NCBI GenBank assembly: GCA_964016885.1
Contig: OZ024742.1
Span: forward strand, 11,222,001 to 11,286,000
Direction of reading: 5' to 3'
Origin: Eledone cirrhosa
Lineage: Eukaryota
Length of the DNA stretch: 64,000 nucleotides
Of this stretch, positions 20,701 to 39,109 are shown piece after piece (positions within the stretch are counted from its first letter, which is position 1; each line of letters opens with the position of its first letter). The notes under the pieces are model-generated. The model was given only the letters and a program-made list of their open reading frames with translations. It did not search any database and had not been told where the DNA came from. Position numbers and translations under genes: made by a program.

Positions 20701-22061
20701 CACACACATATATAGTCACAGACAAGTGACACACACACACATATATAGTCACAGACATGTGACACACACACACATATATAGTCACAGACATGTGACACAC
20801 ACGCACATACATAGTCACAGACAAGTGACACTAACACACACACACATATATATAGTCACAGACAAGTGACACACACACACACACACATATATAGTCACAG
20901 ACATGTGACACACACACAGACATATATAGTCACGGACAAGTGACACACACACACACACATATATAGTCACAGACAAGTGACACACACACACACATATATA
21001 GTCTCAGACATGTGACACTCACACACACACATACATAGTCAGACAAGTGACTCACACACACACACATATATAGTCACAGACAAGTGACACACACACACAC
21101 ATATATATAGGCACAGACAAGTGACACACACACAAGCATATATATAGGCACAGACAAGTGACAAACACACGCACACACACACATATATATTCACAGACAT
21201 GTGACACACACACACACACACAGACATATATAGTCACAGACAAGTGACACACACACACACACACACACATACATAGTCAGACAAGTGACACACACACACA
21301 CACATATATAGTCACAGACATGTGACACTCACACACATATAGTCACAGACAAGTGACACACACACACACACACATATACATTCACAGACATGTGACACAC
21401 ACACACACACATATAGTCACAGACAAGTGACACACACACACATATATAGTCACAGACATGTGACACTCACACACACACATCTATAGACACAGACATGTGA
21501 CACACACAAACATATATAGTCACAGACATGTGACACACAGACACACATACATAGTCAGACAAGTGACACACACACACACATACATAGTCACAGACAAGTG
21601 ACACACACACACACATATATATAGTCACAGACAGGTGACACTCACACACACACATACATAGTCACAGACATGTGATACACACATACATATATAGTCACAG
21701 ACAAGTGACGCACACACACACACATATATAGTCACAGATATGTGACACACACACACACACATATATAGTCACAGACAAGTGACACACACACACATATACA
21801 GTCACAGACATGTGACACACACACACACATATATAGTCACAGACATGTGACACACACACACACACATACATAGTCACAGACACGTGACACACACACACAC
21901 ACATTTATAGTCACAGACAAGTGACACACACACACACATATATAGTCACAGACATGTGACACACACACACACACATACATAGTCACACATGTGACACACA
22001 CACACATACATAGTCAGGCAAGTGACACACACACACACACATATATAGTCACAGACATCTG

Positions 22062-22092
<31 letters not shown>

Positions 22093-23305
22093 ATCACAGA
22101 CAAGTGACGCACACACGCACACACACACATATATAGTCACAGACATGTGACACACACACACATATATAGTCACAGACATGTGACACTCACACACACACAT
22201 ATATAGTCACATACATAGTCACACAAGTGACACACACACACACACATATATAGTCACAGACATGTGACACACACACACACACACATATATAGTCACAGAC
22301 ATGTGACACTCACACACACATATAGTCACAGACAAGTGACACACACACACATACATATATATTCACAGACATGTGACTCACACACACACACATATATAGT
22401 CACAGACAAGTGACACACACACACATATATAGTCACAGACAAGTGACACACACACACATACATAGTCACAGACAAGTGACACACACACACACATATAGTC
22501 ACAGACAAGTGACACACACACATATATATAGTCACAGACAAGTAACACACACACACACACATATATATAGTCACAGACATGTGACACACACACACACATA
22601 CATAGTCAGACAAGTGACACACACACACATATATAGTCACAGACATGTGACACACACACACACACACATACATAGTCACAGACATGTGACACACACACAC
22701 ACACACATATTATCACAGACAAGTGACACACACACACATATATAGTCACAGACATGTGACACACACACACACACATATATAGTCACAGACAAGTGACACT
22801 CACACACACACACATATATATTCACAGGCATGTGACACCCACACACACATATATAGTCACAGACATGTGACACACACACACACATATATATAGTCACAGA
22901 CAAGTTACACACACACACACACACACACATACATATATATAGTCACAGACATGTGACACACACACACATATATATAGTCACAGACATGTGACACACACAC
23001 ACACACATATATATAGTCACAGACATGTGACACACACACACACATAGTCACAGACAAGTGACACTCACACACACACACATATATAGTCACAGACATGTGA
23101 CACACACACACACACACATATATAGTCACATACATGTGACACACACACACACATATATAGTCACATACATGTGACACACACACACATATATAGTCACAGA
23201 CAAATGACACACACACACATATATAGTCACAGACATGTGACACACACACACACATATATAGTCTCAGACATGTGACACACACACATATATAGTCACAGAC
23301 ATGTG

Positions 23306-23338
<33 letters not shown>

Positions 23339-23386
23339 GTCACAGACAAGTGACACACACACACACATATATAGTCACAGATATGT

Positions 23387-23446
<60 letters not shown>

Positions 23447-23664
23447 GTCAAAGACATGTGACACACACACACATATATAGTCACAGACAAAAGACAAACA
23501 CACACATATATAGTCACAGACACGTGACACACACACACACATATATAGTCTCAGACATGTGACACACACACATATATAGTCACAGACATGTGACACACAC
23601 ACACACACATATATAGTCACAGACAAGTGACACACACACACACATATATAGTCACAGACATGTG

Positions 23665-23699
<35 letters not shown>

Positions 23700-24857
23700 G
23701 TCACAGACACGTGACACACACACACACACATATAGTCTCAGACATGTGACACACACACATATATAGTCACAGACATGTGACACACACACACACACACACA
23801 CATATGTATAGTCACAGACAAGTGACACACACACACATATATAGTCACAGACATGTGACACACACACACACACATACATAGTCAGACATGTGACACACAC
23901 ACACACACATACATAGTCAGACAAGTGACACATACACACACATATATAGTCACAGACAAGTGACACACACACACACATATATATAGTCACAGACATGTGA
24001 CACACACACACACACACATACATAGTCAGACATGTGACTCACACACACACATATATAGTCACAGACATGTGACACATACATAGTCACAGACACGTGACGC
24101 ACACACACACACACATATATAGTCACAGACAAGTGACACACACACACATATATAGTCACAGACATGTGACACACACACACACACACATATATATAGTCAC
24201 AGACAAGTGACACTCACACACACACACATATATATTCACAGGCATGTGACACACACACACACTTATATAGTCACAGACATGTGACACACACACACACACA
24301 TATATAGTCACAGACAAGTGACGCACACACGCACACACACACATATATAGTCACAGACATATGACACACACACACACACATATATATAGTCACAGACATG
24401 TGACACTCACACACACACACATATATAGTCACGTACATAGTCACACAAGTGACACACACACACACACACATATATAGTCACAGACATGTGACACACATAC
24501 ACACACACATATATAGTCACAGACATGTGACACTCACACACACATATAGTCACAGACAAGTGACACACACACACACACATATATATTCACAGACATGTGA
24601 CACACACACACACACATATATAGTCACAGACAAGTGACACACACACACACACATATATAGTCACAGACAAGTGACACACACACACATACATAGTCACAGA
24701 CAAGTGACACACACACATATATATAGTCACAGACAAGTATCACACATACACACACACATATACAGCCACAGACATGTGACACACACACACACACACATAT
24801 ATAGTCACAGACATGTGACACACACACACACACACACACATATAGTCACAGACAGGT

Positions 24858-24895
<38 letters not shown>

Positions 24896-27800
24896 GTCAC
24901 AGACAAGTGATACACACACACACATATATAGCCACAGACATGTGACACACACACACACATATATATAGTTACAGACAAGTAACACACACACACACATAGT
25001 CATACAAGTTACACACACACACACACATATATAGTCACAGACATGTGGCACACACACACACACATATATAGTCACAGACAAGTGACACACACACACACAC
25101 ATATATAGTCACAGACATGTGACACACACACATACACACATACATAATAAGACAAGTGACACACACACACACACACACATATATAGTCACAGACAAATGA
25201 CACACACACACACACACATATATAGTCACAGACATGTGACACACACACACACACACACATACATAGTCAGACAAGTGACACACACACACACATATATAGT
25301 CACAGACATGTGACACACACACACACACATATATATAGTCACAGAAAAGTGACACACACACACATATGTAGTCACAGACAAGTGACACACACACACAAAG
25401 ATATATAGTCACAGACATGTGACACACACACACACACATAGTCAGACATGTGACACTCATACACACATATATAGTCACAGACATGTGACACACACACACA
25501 TATATATAGTCACAGACATGTGACACTCACACACACACACATATATAGTCACAGACAAGTGACACACACACACACACATATATAGTCACAGACATGTGAC
25601 ACACATACACACACACATTTATATGGTCACAGACAAGTGACACACACAACACACATATATAGTCACAGACAAGTGACACACACACACACACATATATAGT
25701 CACAGACATGTGACACTCACACACACATATATAGTCACAGACAAGTGACACTTACACACACACACATATATAGTCACATAAATGTGACACACACACACAC
25801 ATATATAGTGACAGACATGTGACACACACACACATACATAGTCACAGACAAGTGACACACACACACACACATATATATAGTCACAGACATGTGACACACA
25901 CACACATATATAGTCACAGACAAGTGACACACACACACACACATATATAGTCACAGACATGTAACACACACACACATATATAGTCACAGACATGTGACAC
26001 ACACACAGACATATATAGTCACAGACAACTGACATACACACACACACATACATAGTCACAGACAAGTGACACACACACACACACACATATATAGTCACAG
26101 ACAAGTGACACACACACACACATATATAGTCACAGACAAGTGACACACACACACACACATACATAGTCAGACAAGTGACACACACACACACACATATATA
26201 GTCACAGACAAGTGACAGACACACACACATATATAGTCACAGACAGGTGACACTCACACACACACATACATAGTCACAGACATGTGACACACACACACAC
26301 ACACACACATATATAGTCACAGACATGTGACACACACACACATATATAGTCTCAGACATGTGACACACACACACACATATATAGTCACAGACATGTGACA
26401 CACACACACACGCATACATAGTCAGACAATTGACACACACACACACACACACACATATAGTCACAGACAAGTGACACACACACACACATATGTAGTCACA
26501 GACAAGTGACACACACTCACACATATATAGTCACAGACATGTGACACACACTCACACACAGATATAGTCACAGACATGTGACACACACGCACATACATAG
26601 TCACAGACAAGTGACACACACACACACATATATATAGTCACAGACAAGTGACACACACACACACACACATATATAGTCACAGACATGTGACATACACACA
26701 CAGACATATATAGTCACAGACAAGTGACACACACACACACACATACATAGTCAAACAAGTGACACACACACACACACATATATAGTTACAGACAAGTGAC
26801 ACACACACACATATATAGTCACAGACATGTGACACTCACACACATACATAGTCAGACAAGTGACACACACACACACACATATATAGTCACAGACAAGTGA
26901 CACACACACACACACACACATATATAGTCACAGACATGTGACACACACACACAGACATATATAGTCACAGACAAGTGACACACACACACACACATACATA
27001 GTCAGACAAGTGACACACACACACACACACATATAGTCACTGACATGTGACACTCACACACATATAGTCACAGACAAGTGACACACACACATATATATAG
27101 TCACAGACAAGTGACACACACACGCACACACACACATATATAGTCACAGACATGTGACACACACACACACACACATATAGTCACAGACAAGTGACACACA
27201 CACACATATATAGTCACAGACATGTGACACTCACACACACACATCTATAGTCACAGACATGTGACACACACAAACATATATAGTCACAGACATGTGACAC
27301 ACACACACATACATAGTCAGACAAGTGACACACATACACACATACATAATCACAGACAAGTGACACACACACACACACATACATAGTCACAGACATGTGA
27401 CACACACACACACACATAAATAGTCACAGACAAGTGACACACATACACACACACACACATATATAGTCACAGACATGTGACACACACAAACATATATCGT
27501 CACAGACAAGTGACACACACACACACATACATAGTCACAGACAAGTAACACACACACACACACATATATAGTCACAGACATGTGACACACACACAAACAT
27601 ATATCGTCACAGACAAGTGACACACACACACACATACATAGTCACAGACAAGTAACACACACACACACACATGTATAGTCACAGACATGTGACACACACA
27701 CACACATATGTAGTCACAGACATGTGACACTCACACACACATATAGTCACAGAAAAGTGACACACACACACACATATATAGTCACAGACATGTGACACAC

Positions 27801-29267
27801 ACACACGCATACATAGTCAGACAAGCGACACACACACACACACATATATAGTCACAGACAATTGACACACACACACACATATATAGTCACAGACAAGTGA
27901 CACACACACACATATATAGTCACAGACATGTGACACACACACACATATATAGTCACAGACATGTGACACACACGCACATACATAGTCACAGACAAGTGAC
28001 ACTAACACACACACACATATATATAGTCACAGACAAGTGACACACACACACACACACATATATAGTCACAGACATGTGACACACACACAGACATATATAG
28101 TCACGGACAAGTGACACACACACACACACATACATAGTCAGACAAGTGACACACACACACACACATATATAGTCACAGACAAGTGACACACACACACACA
28201 TATATAGTCTCAGACATGTGACACTCACACACACACATACATAGTCAGACAAGTGACTCACACACACACACATATATAGTCACAGACAAGTGACACACAC
28301 ACACACATATATATAGGCACAGACAAGTGACACACACACAAGCATATATATAGGCACAGACAAGTGACAAACACACGCACACACACACATATATATTCAC
28401 AGACATGTGACACACACACACACACACAGACATATATAGTCACAGACAAGTGACACACACACACACACACACACATACATAGTCAGACAAGTGACACACA
28501 CACACACACATATATAGTCACAGACATGTGACACTCACACACATATAGTCACAGACAAGTGACACACACACACACACACATATACATTCACAGACATGTG
28601 ACACACACACACACACATATAGTCACAGACAAGTGACACACACACACATATATAGTCACAGACATGTGACACTCACACACACACATCTATAGACACAGAC
28701 ATGTGACACACACAAACATATATAGTCACAGACATGTGACACACAGACACACATACATAGTCAGACAAGTGACACACACACACACATACATAGTCACAGA
28801 CAAGTGACACACACACACACATATATATAGTCACAGACAGGTGACACTCACACACACACATACATAGTCACAGACATGTGATACACACATACATATATAG
28901 TCACAGACAAGTGACGCACACACACACACATATATAGTCACAGATATGTGACACACACACACACACATATATAGTCACAGACAAGTGACACACACACACA
29001 TATACAGTCACAGACATGTGACACACACACACACATATATAGTCACAGACATGTGACACACACACACACACATACATAGTCACAGACACGTGACACACAC
29101 ACACACACATTTATAGTCACAGACAAGTGACACACACACACACATATATAGTCACAGACATATGACACACACACACACACATACATAGTCACACATGTGA
29201 CACACACACACATACATAGTCAGACAAGTGACACACACACACACACATATATAGTCACAGACATCTG

Positions 29268-29298
<31 letters not shown>

Positions 29299-30091
29299 AT
29301 CACAGACAAGTGACGCACACACGCACACACACACATATATAGTCACAGACATGTGACACACACACACACACATATATAGTCACAGACATGTGACACTCAC
29401 ACACACACACATATATAGTCACATACATAGTCACACAAGTGACACACACACACACACATATATAGTCACAGACATGTGACACACACACACACACACATAT
29501 ATAGTCACAGACATGTGACACTCACACACACATATAGTCACAGACAAGTGACACACACACACATACATATATATTCACAGACATGTGACTCACACACACA
29601 CACATATATAGTCACAGACAAGTGACACACACACACATATATAGTCACAGACAAGTGACACACACACACATACATAGTCACAGACAAGTTACACACACAC
29701 ACACACACACACACATACATATATATAGTCACAGACATGTGACACACACACACATATATATAGTCACAGACATGTGACACACACACACACACATATATAT
29801 AGTCACAGACATGTGACACACACACACACATAGTCACAGACAAGTGACACTCACACACACACACATATATAGTCACAGACATGTGACACACACACACACA
29901 CACATATATAGTCACATACATGTGACACACACACACACATATATAGTCACATACATGTGACACACACACACATATATAGTCACAGACAAATGACACACAC
30001 ACACATATATAGTCACAGACATGTGACACACACATACACATATATAGTCTCAGACATGTGACACACACACATACATAGTCACAGACATGTG

Positions 30092-30124
<33 letters not shown>

Positions 30125-30173
30125 GTCACAGACAAGTGACACACACACACACATATATAGTCACAGATATGTG

Positions 30174-30210
<37 letters not shown>

Positions 30211-30433
30211 GTCAAAGACATGTGACACACACACACATATATAGTCACAGACAAATGACAAACACACACATATATAGTCACAGACACGTGACACACACAC
30301 ACACATATATAGTCTCAGACATGTGACACACACACATATATAGTCACAGACATGTGACACACACACACACACACACACATATATAGTCACAGACAAGTGA
30401 CACACACACACACATATATAGTCACAGACATGT

Positions 30434-30473
<40 letters not shown>

Positions 30474-33400
30474 GTCACAGACACGTGACACACACACACA
30501 CACATATAGTCTCAGACATGTGACACACACACATATATAGTCACAGACATGTGACACACACACACACACACACATATGTATAGTCACAGACAAGTGACAC
30601 ACACACACATATATAGTCACAGACATGTGACACACACACACACACATACATAGTCAGACATGTGACACACACACACACACATACATAGTCAGACAAGTGA
30701 CACATACACACACATATATAGTCACAGACAAGTGACACACACACACACATATATATAGTCACAGACATGTGACACACACACACACACACATACATAGTCA
30801 GACATGTGACTCACACACACACATATATAGTCACAGACATGTGACACATACATAGTCACAGACACGTGACGCACACACACACACACATATATAGTCACAG
30901 ACAAGTGACACACACACACATATATAGTCACAGACATGTGACACACACACACACACACATATATATAGTCACAGACAAGTGACACTCACACACACACACA
31001 TATATATTCACAGGCATGTGACACACACACACACTTATATAGTCACAGACATGTGACACACACACACACACATATATAGTCACAGACAAGTGACGCACAC
31101 ACGCACACACACATATATAGTCACAGACATATGACACACACACACACACATATATATAGTCACAGACATGTGACACTCACACACACACACACATATATAG
31201 TCACGTACATAGTCACACAAGTGACACACACACACACATATATAGTCACAGACATGTGACACACATACACACACACATATATAGTCACAGACATGTGACA
31301 CTCACACACACATATAGTCACAGACAAGTGACACACACACACACACATATATATTCACAGACATGTGACACACACACACACACATATATAGTCACAGACA
31401 AGTGACACACACACACACACATATATAGTCACAGACAAGTGACACACACACACATACATAGTCACAGACAAGTGACACACACACATATATATAGTCACAG
31501 ACAAGTATCACACACACACACACATATATATAGTCACAGACATGTGACACACACACACATATATAGTCACAGACATGTGACACACACACACATACATAGT
31601 CACAGACATGTGACACACACACACACATATATAGTCACATACATGTGACACACACACACATATATAGTCACAGACAAATGACACACACACACACATATAT
31701 AGTCACAGACATGTGACACACACACACACATATATAGTCTCAGACATGTGACACACACACATATATAGTCACAGACATGTGACACACACACACACACACA
31801 TATATATAGTCACAGACAAGTGACACACACACACATATATAGTCACAGACATGTGACACACACACACACACACATAGTCACAGACATGTGGCACACACAC
31901 ACACACACACATATATAGTCACATACATGTGACACTCACACACACACATATATAGTCACAGACAAATGACACACACACACACACACATATATAGTCTCAG
32001 ACATGTAACACACACACACACACACATATATAGTCACAGATAAATGACACACACACACATATATAGTCACAGACATGTGACACACACACACACATATATA
32101 GTCACAGACAAGTGACACACACACACACATACATAGTCAGACATGTGACACACACACACAAATATATATAGTCACAGACAAGTGACACTCTCACACACAC
32201 ACATATATAGTCACAGGCATGTGACACACACACACATATATAGTCACAGACATGTGACACACACACACACATATATAGTCACAGACATCTGACACACACA
32301 CACACATATATATAGTCACAGACATGCGACACACGCACGCACACACACACATATATAGTCACATACATGTGACACTCACACACACACACATATATAGTCA
32401 CAGACAAATGACACACACACATATATAGTCACAGACATGTCACACACACACACACACACATATATAGTCACAGACATGTGACACACACACACACATATAT
32501 AGTCACAGACAAGTGACACACACACACATATATAGTCACAGACATGTGACACACACACACACACACATATATAGTCACAGACATGTGACACACACACACA
32601 CATATATATAGTCACAGACAAGTGACACTCACACACACACACATATATAGTCACAGGCATGTGACACACACACACATATATAGTCACAGACATGTGACAC
32701 ACACACACACACACACATATAGTCACAGACATCTGACACACACACACACATATATAGTCACAGACAAGTGACACACACACACACACATATATAGTCACAG
32801 ACAAGTGACACACACACACATACATAGTCACAGACAAGTGACACACACACATATATATAGTCACAGACAAGTATCACACACACACACACATATATATAGT
32901 CACAGACATGTGACACACACACACATATATAGTCACAGACATGTGACACACACACACATACATAGTCACAGACATGTGACACACACACACACATATATAG
33001 TCACATACATGTGACACACACACACATATATAGTCACAGACAAATGACACACACACACACATATATAGTCACAGACATGTGACACACACACACATATATA
33101 GTCTCAGACATGTGACACACACACATATATAGTCACAGACATGTGACACACACACACACACACACATATATATAGTCACAGACAAGTGACACACACACAC
33201 ATATATAGTCACAGACATGTGACACACACACACACACACATAGTCACAGACATGTGGCACACACACACACACACACATATATAGTCACATACATGTGACA
33301 CTCACACACACACATATATAGTCACAGACAAATGACACACACACACACACACATATATAGTCTCAGACATGTAACACACACACACACACACATATATAGT

Positions 33401-34245
33401 CACAGATAAATGACACACACACACATATATAGTCACAGACATGTGACACACACACACACATATATAGTCACAGACAAGTGACACACACACACACATACAT
33501 AGTCAGACATGTGACACACACACACAAATATATATAGTCACAGACAAGTGACACTCTCACACACACACATATATAGTCACAGGCATGTGACACACACACA
33601 CATATATAGTCACAGACATGTGACACACACACACACATATATAGTCACAGACATCTGACACACACACACACATATATATAGTCACAGACATGCGACACAC
33701 GCACGCACACACACACATATATAGTCACATACATGTGACACTCACACACACACACATATATAGTCACAGACAAATGACACACACACATATATAGTCACAG
33801 ACATGTCACACACACACACACACATATATAGTCACAGACATGTGACACACACACACACATATATAGTCACAGACAAGTGACACACACACACATATATAGT
33901 CACAGACATGTGACACACACACACACACACATATATAGTCACAGACATGTGACACACACACACACATATATATAGTCACAGACAAGTGACACTCACACAC
34001 ACACACATATATAGTCACAGGCATGTGACACACACACACATATATAGTCACAGACATGTGACACACACACACACACACACATATAGTCACAGACATCTGA
34101 CACACACACACACATATATAGTCGCAGAGAAGTGACACACACACACACACATATATAGTCACAGACAAGTGACACACACACACACATATATTGTCACAGA
34201 GAAGTGACACACACACACACACACATATATAGTCACAGACATGTG

Positions 34246-34280
<35 letters not shown>

Positions 34281-34553
34281 GTCACATACATGTGACACAC
34301 ACACACACATATATAGTCTCAGACATGTGACACACACACATATATAGTCACAGACATGTGACACACACACACACACACACATATATATAGTCAGAGACAT
34401 GTGACACACACACACACACATATATAGTCACAGACATGTGACACACACACACACACACATATATATATTCACAGACAAGTGACACTCACACACACACACA
34501 TATATAGTCACAGGCATGTGACACACACACACATATATAGTCACAGACATGTG

Positions 34554-34584
<31 letters not shown>

Positions 34585-34743
34585 GTCACAGACATCTGAC
34601 ACACACACACGCATATATAGTCGCAGAGAAGTGACACACACACACACACATATATAGTCACAGACAAGTGACACACACACACACATATATAGTCACAGAC
34701 AAGTGACACTCACACACACACACATATATAGTCACAGACATGT

Positions 34744-34783
<40 letters not shown>

Positions 34784-35695
34784 GTCACATACATGTGACA
34801 CACACACACACATATATAGTCTCAGACATGTGACACACACACATATATAGTCACAGACATGTGACACACACACACACACACACATATATATAGTCAGAGA
34901 CATGTGACACACACACACACACATATATAGTCACAGACATGTGACACACACACATATATATAGTCACAGACAAGTGACACACACACACACACACATATAT
35001 AGTCACATACATGTGACACTCACAAACACACACATATATAGTCACCGACAAATGACACACACACGCACATATATAGTCTCAGACATGTGACACACACACA
35101 CACACACATATATAGTCACAGACAAATGACACACACACACACATATATAGTCACAGACATGTGACACACACACACACATATATAGTCACAGACAAGTGAC
35201 ACACACACACACATACACAGTCAGACATGTGACACACACACACACATACATAGTCAGACATGTGACACACACATACATAGTCACAGACAAGTGACACACA
35301 CACACACACATATAGTCACAGACAAGTGACACACACACACACACATATATAGTCACAGACATGTGACACACACACACACACATATATAGTTACAGACAAG
35401 TGACACACACACATATATAGTCACAGACATGTGACACACACACACGCATATATAGTCACAGACATGTGACACACACACACACACTCATATATAGTCACAG
35501 ACATGTGACACACACACACACACACACACACATAGAGTCACAGACATGTGACACACACACACACACATATATAATCGCAGACATGTGACACACACACACA
35601 TATATATATAGTCATAGACAAGTGACACACACACACACACATATAGTCACAGACATGTGACACACACACAGAGACATATATAGTCACATACATGT

Positions 35696-35739
<44 letters not shown>

Positions 35740-37598
35740 GTCACAGACGTGTGACACACACACACATATATAGTTGCATACATGTGACACACACACACAC
35801 ACATATATATATAGTCACAGACAAGTGACACACACACACACATATATATAGTCACAGACATGTGACACACACACACACACATATATAGTCACATACATGT
35901 GACACACACACACACACACACATATATAGTCACAGACATGTGACACTCACACACACACATATATAGTCACATACATGTGACACACACACACACACATATA
36001 TAGTCACATACATGTGGCACACACACACACACATATATAGTCAGAGACATGTGACACTCACACACACACACACATATATAGTCACAGACATGTGACACAC
36101 ACACACACACATATAGTCACAGACATGTGACACACACACACACATATATAGTCACAGACATGTGACACACACACACACACATATATAATCACAGACATGT
36201 GACACACACACACACACATATATAGTCACAGACAAGTGACACACACACACATATATAGTAACAGACATGTGACACACACACACACACACATATATAGTCT
36301 CAGACATGTGACACACACACACACACACACATATATAGTCACAGACGTGTGACACACACACACACACATATATAGTCGCATACATGTGACACACACACAC
36401 ACACATATATATATAGTCACAGACAAGTGACACACACACATATATAGTCACATACATGTGACACACACACACACACATATATAGTCACATACATGTGACA
36501 CACACACACACACACATATATAGTCACAGACATGTGACACTCACACACACACATATATAGTCACATACATGTGACACACACACACACACATATATAGTCA
36601 CATACATGTGGCACACACACACATATATAGTCACAGACAAGTGACACACACACACATATATAGTCACAGACAAGTGACACACACACACATACATAGTCAC
36701 AGACAAGTGACACACACACACACATATAGTCACAGACAAGTGACACACACACATATATATAGTCACAGACAAGTAACACACACCCACACACATATATATA
36801 GTCACAGACATGTGACACACACACACACATATATAGTCACGGACATGTGACACACACACACACATACATAGTCAGACATGTGACACACACACACACATAC
36901 ATAGTCAGACAAGTGACACACACACACATATATAGTCACAGACATGTGACACACACACACACACATACATAGTCACAGACATGTGACACACACACACACA
37001 CACATTATCACAGACAAGTGACACACACACACATATATAGTCACAGACATGTGACACACACACACACACATATATAGTCACAGACAAGTGACACTCACAC
37101 ACACACACATATATATTCACAGGCATGTGACACACACACACACATATATAGTCACAGACATGTGACACACACACACACATATATATAGTCACAGACAAGT
37201 TACACACACACACACACACACATACATATATATAGTCACAGACATGTGACACACACACACATATATATAGTCACAGACATGTGACACACACACACACACA
37301 TATATATAGTCACAGACATGTGACACACACACACACATAGTCACAGACAAGTGACACTCACACACACACACATATATAGTCACAGACATGTGACACACAC
37401 ACACACACACATATATAGTCACATACATGTGACACACACACACACATATATAGTCACATACATGTGACACACACACACATATATAGTCACAGACAAATGA
37501 CACACACACACATATATAGTCACAGACATGTGACACACACACACACATATATAGTCTCAGACATGTGACACACACACATATATAGTCACAGACATGTG

Positions 37599-37631
<33 letters not shown>

Positions 37632-37679
37632 GTCACAGACAAGTGACACACACACACACATATATAGTCACAGATATGT

Positions 37680-37725
<46 letters not shown>

Positions 37726-39078
37726 GTCAAAGACATGTGACACACACACACATATATAGTCACAGACAAATGACACACACACACATATATAGTCACAGAC
37801 ACGTGACACACACACACACATATATAGTCTAAGACATGTGACACACACACACACACACATATGTATAGTCACAGACAAGTGACACACACACACATATATA
37901 GTCACAGACATGTGACACACACACACACACATACATAGTCAGACATGTGACACACACACACACACATACATAGTCAGACAAGTGACACATACACACACAT
38001 ATATAGTCACAGACAAGTGACACACACACACACATATATATAGTCACAGACATGTGACACACACACACACACACATACATAGTCAGACATGTGACTCACA
38101 CACACACATATATAGTCACAGACATGTGACACACACACACACATACATAGTCACAGACACGTGACGCACACACACACACACATATATAGTCACAGACAAG
38201 TGACACACACACACATATATAGTCACAGACATGTGACACACACACACACACACATATATATAGTCACAGACAAGTGACACTCACACACACACACATATAT
38301 ATTCACAGGCATGTGACACACACACACACTTATATAGTCACAGACATGTGACACACACACACACACATATATAGTCACAGACAAGTGACGCACACACGCA
38401 CACACACACATATATAGTCACAGACATATGACACACACACACACACATATATAGTCACAGACATGTGACACTCACACACACACACATATATAGTCACGTA
38501 CATAGTCACACAAGTGACACACACACACACACACATATATAGTCACAGACATGTGACACACACACACACACACATATATAGTCACAGACATGTGACACTC
38601 ACACACACATATAGTCACAGACAAGTGACACACACACACACACATATATATTCACAGACATGTGACACACACACACACACATATATAGTCACAGACAAGT
38701 GACACACACACACACACATATATAGTCACAGACAAGTGACACACACACACATACATAGTCACAGACAAGTGACACACACACATATATATAGTCACAGACA
38801 AGTATCACACACACACACACATATATATAGTCACAGACATGTGACACACACACACATATATAGTCACAGACATGTGACACACACACACACATACATAGTC
38901 ACAGACATGTGACACACACACACATATATAGTCACATACATGTGACACACACACACATATATAGTCACAGACAAATGACACACACACACACATATATAGT
39001 CACAGACATGTGACACACACACACACATATATAGTCTCAGACATGTGACACACACACATATATAGTCACAGACATGTG

Positions 39079-39109
<31 letters not shown>

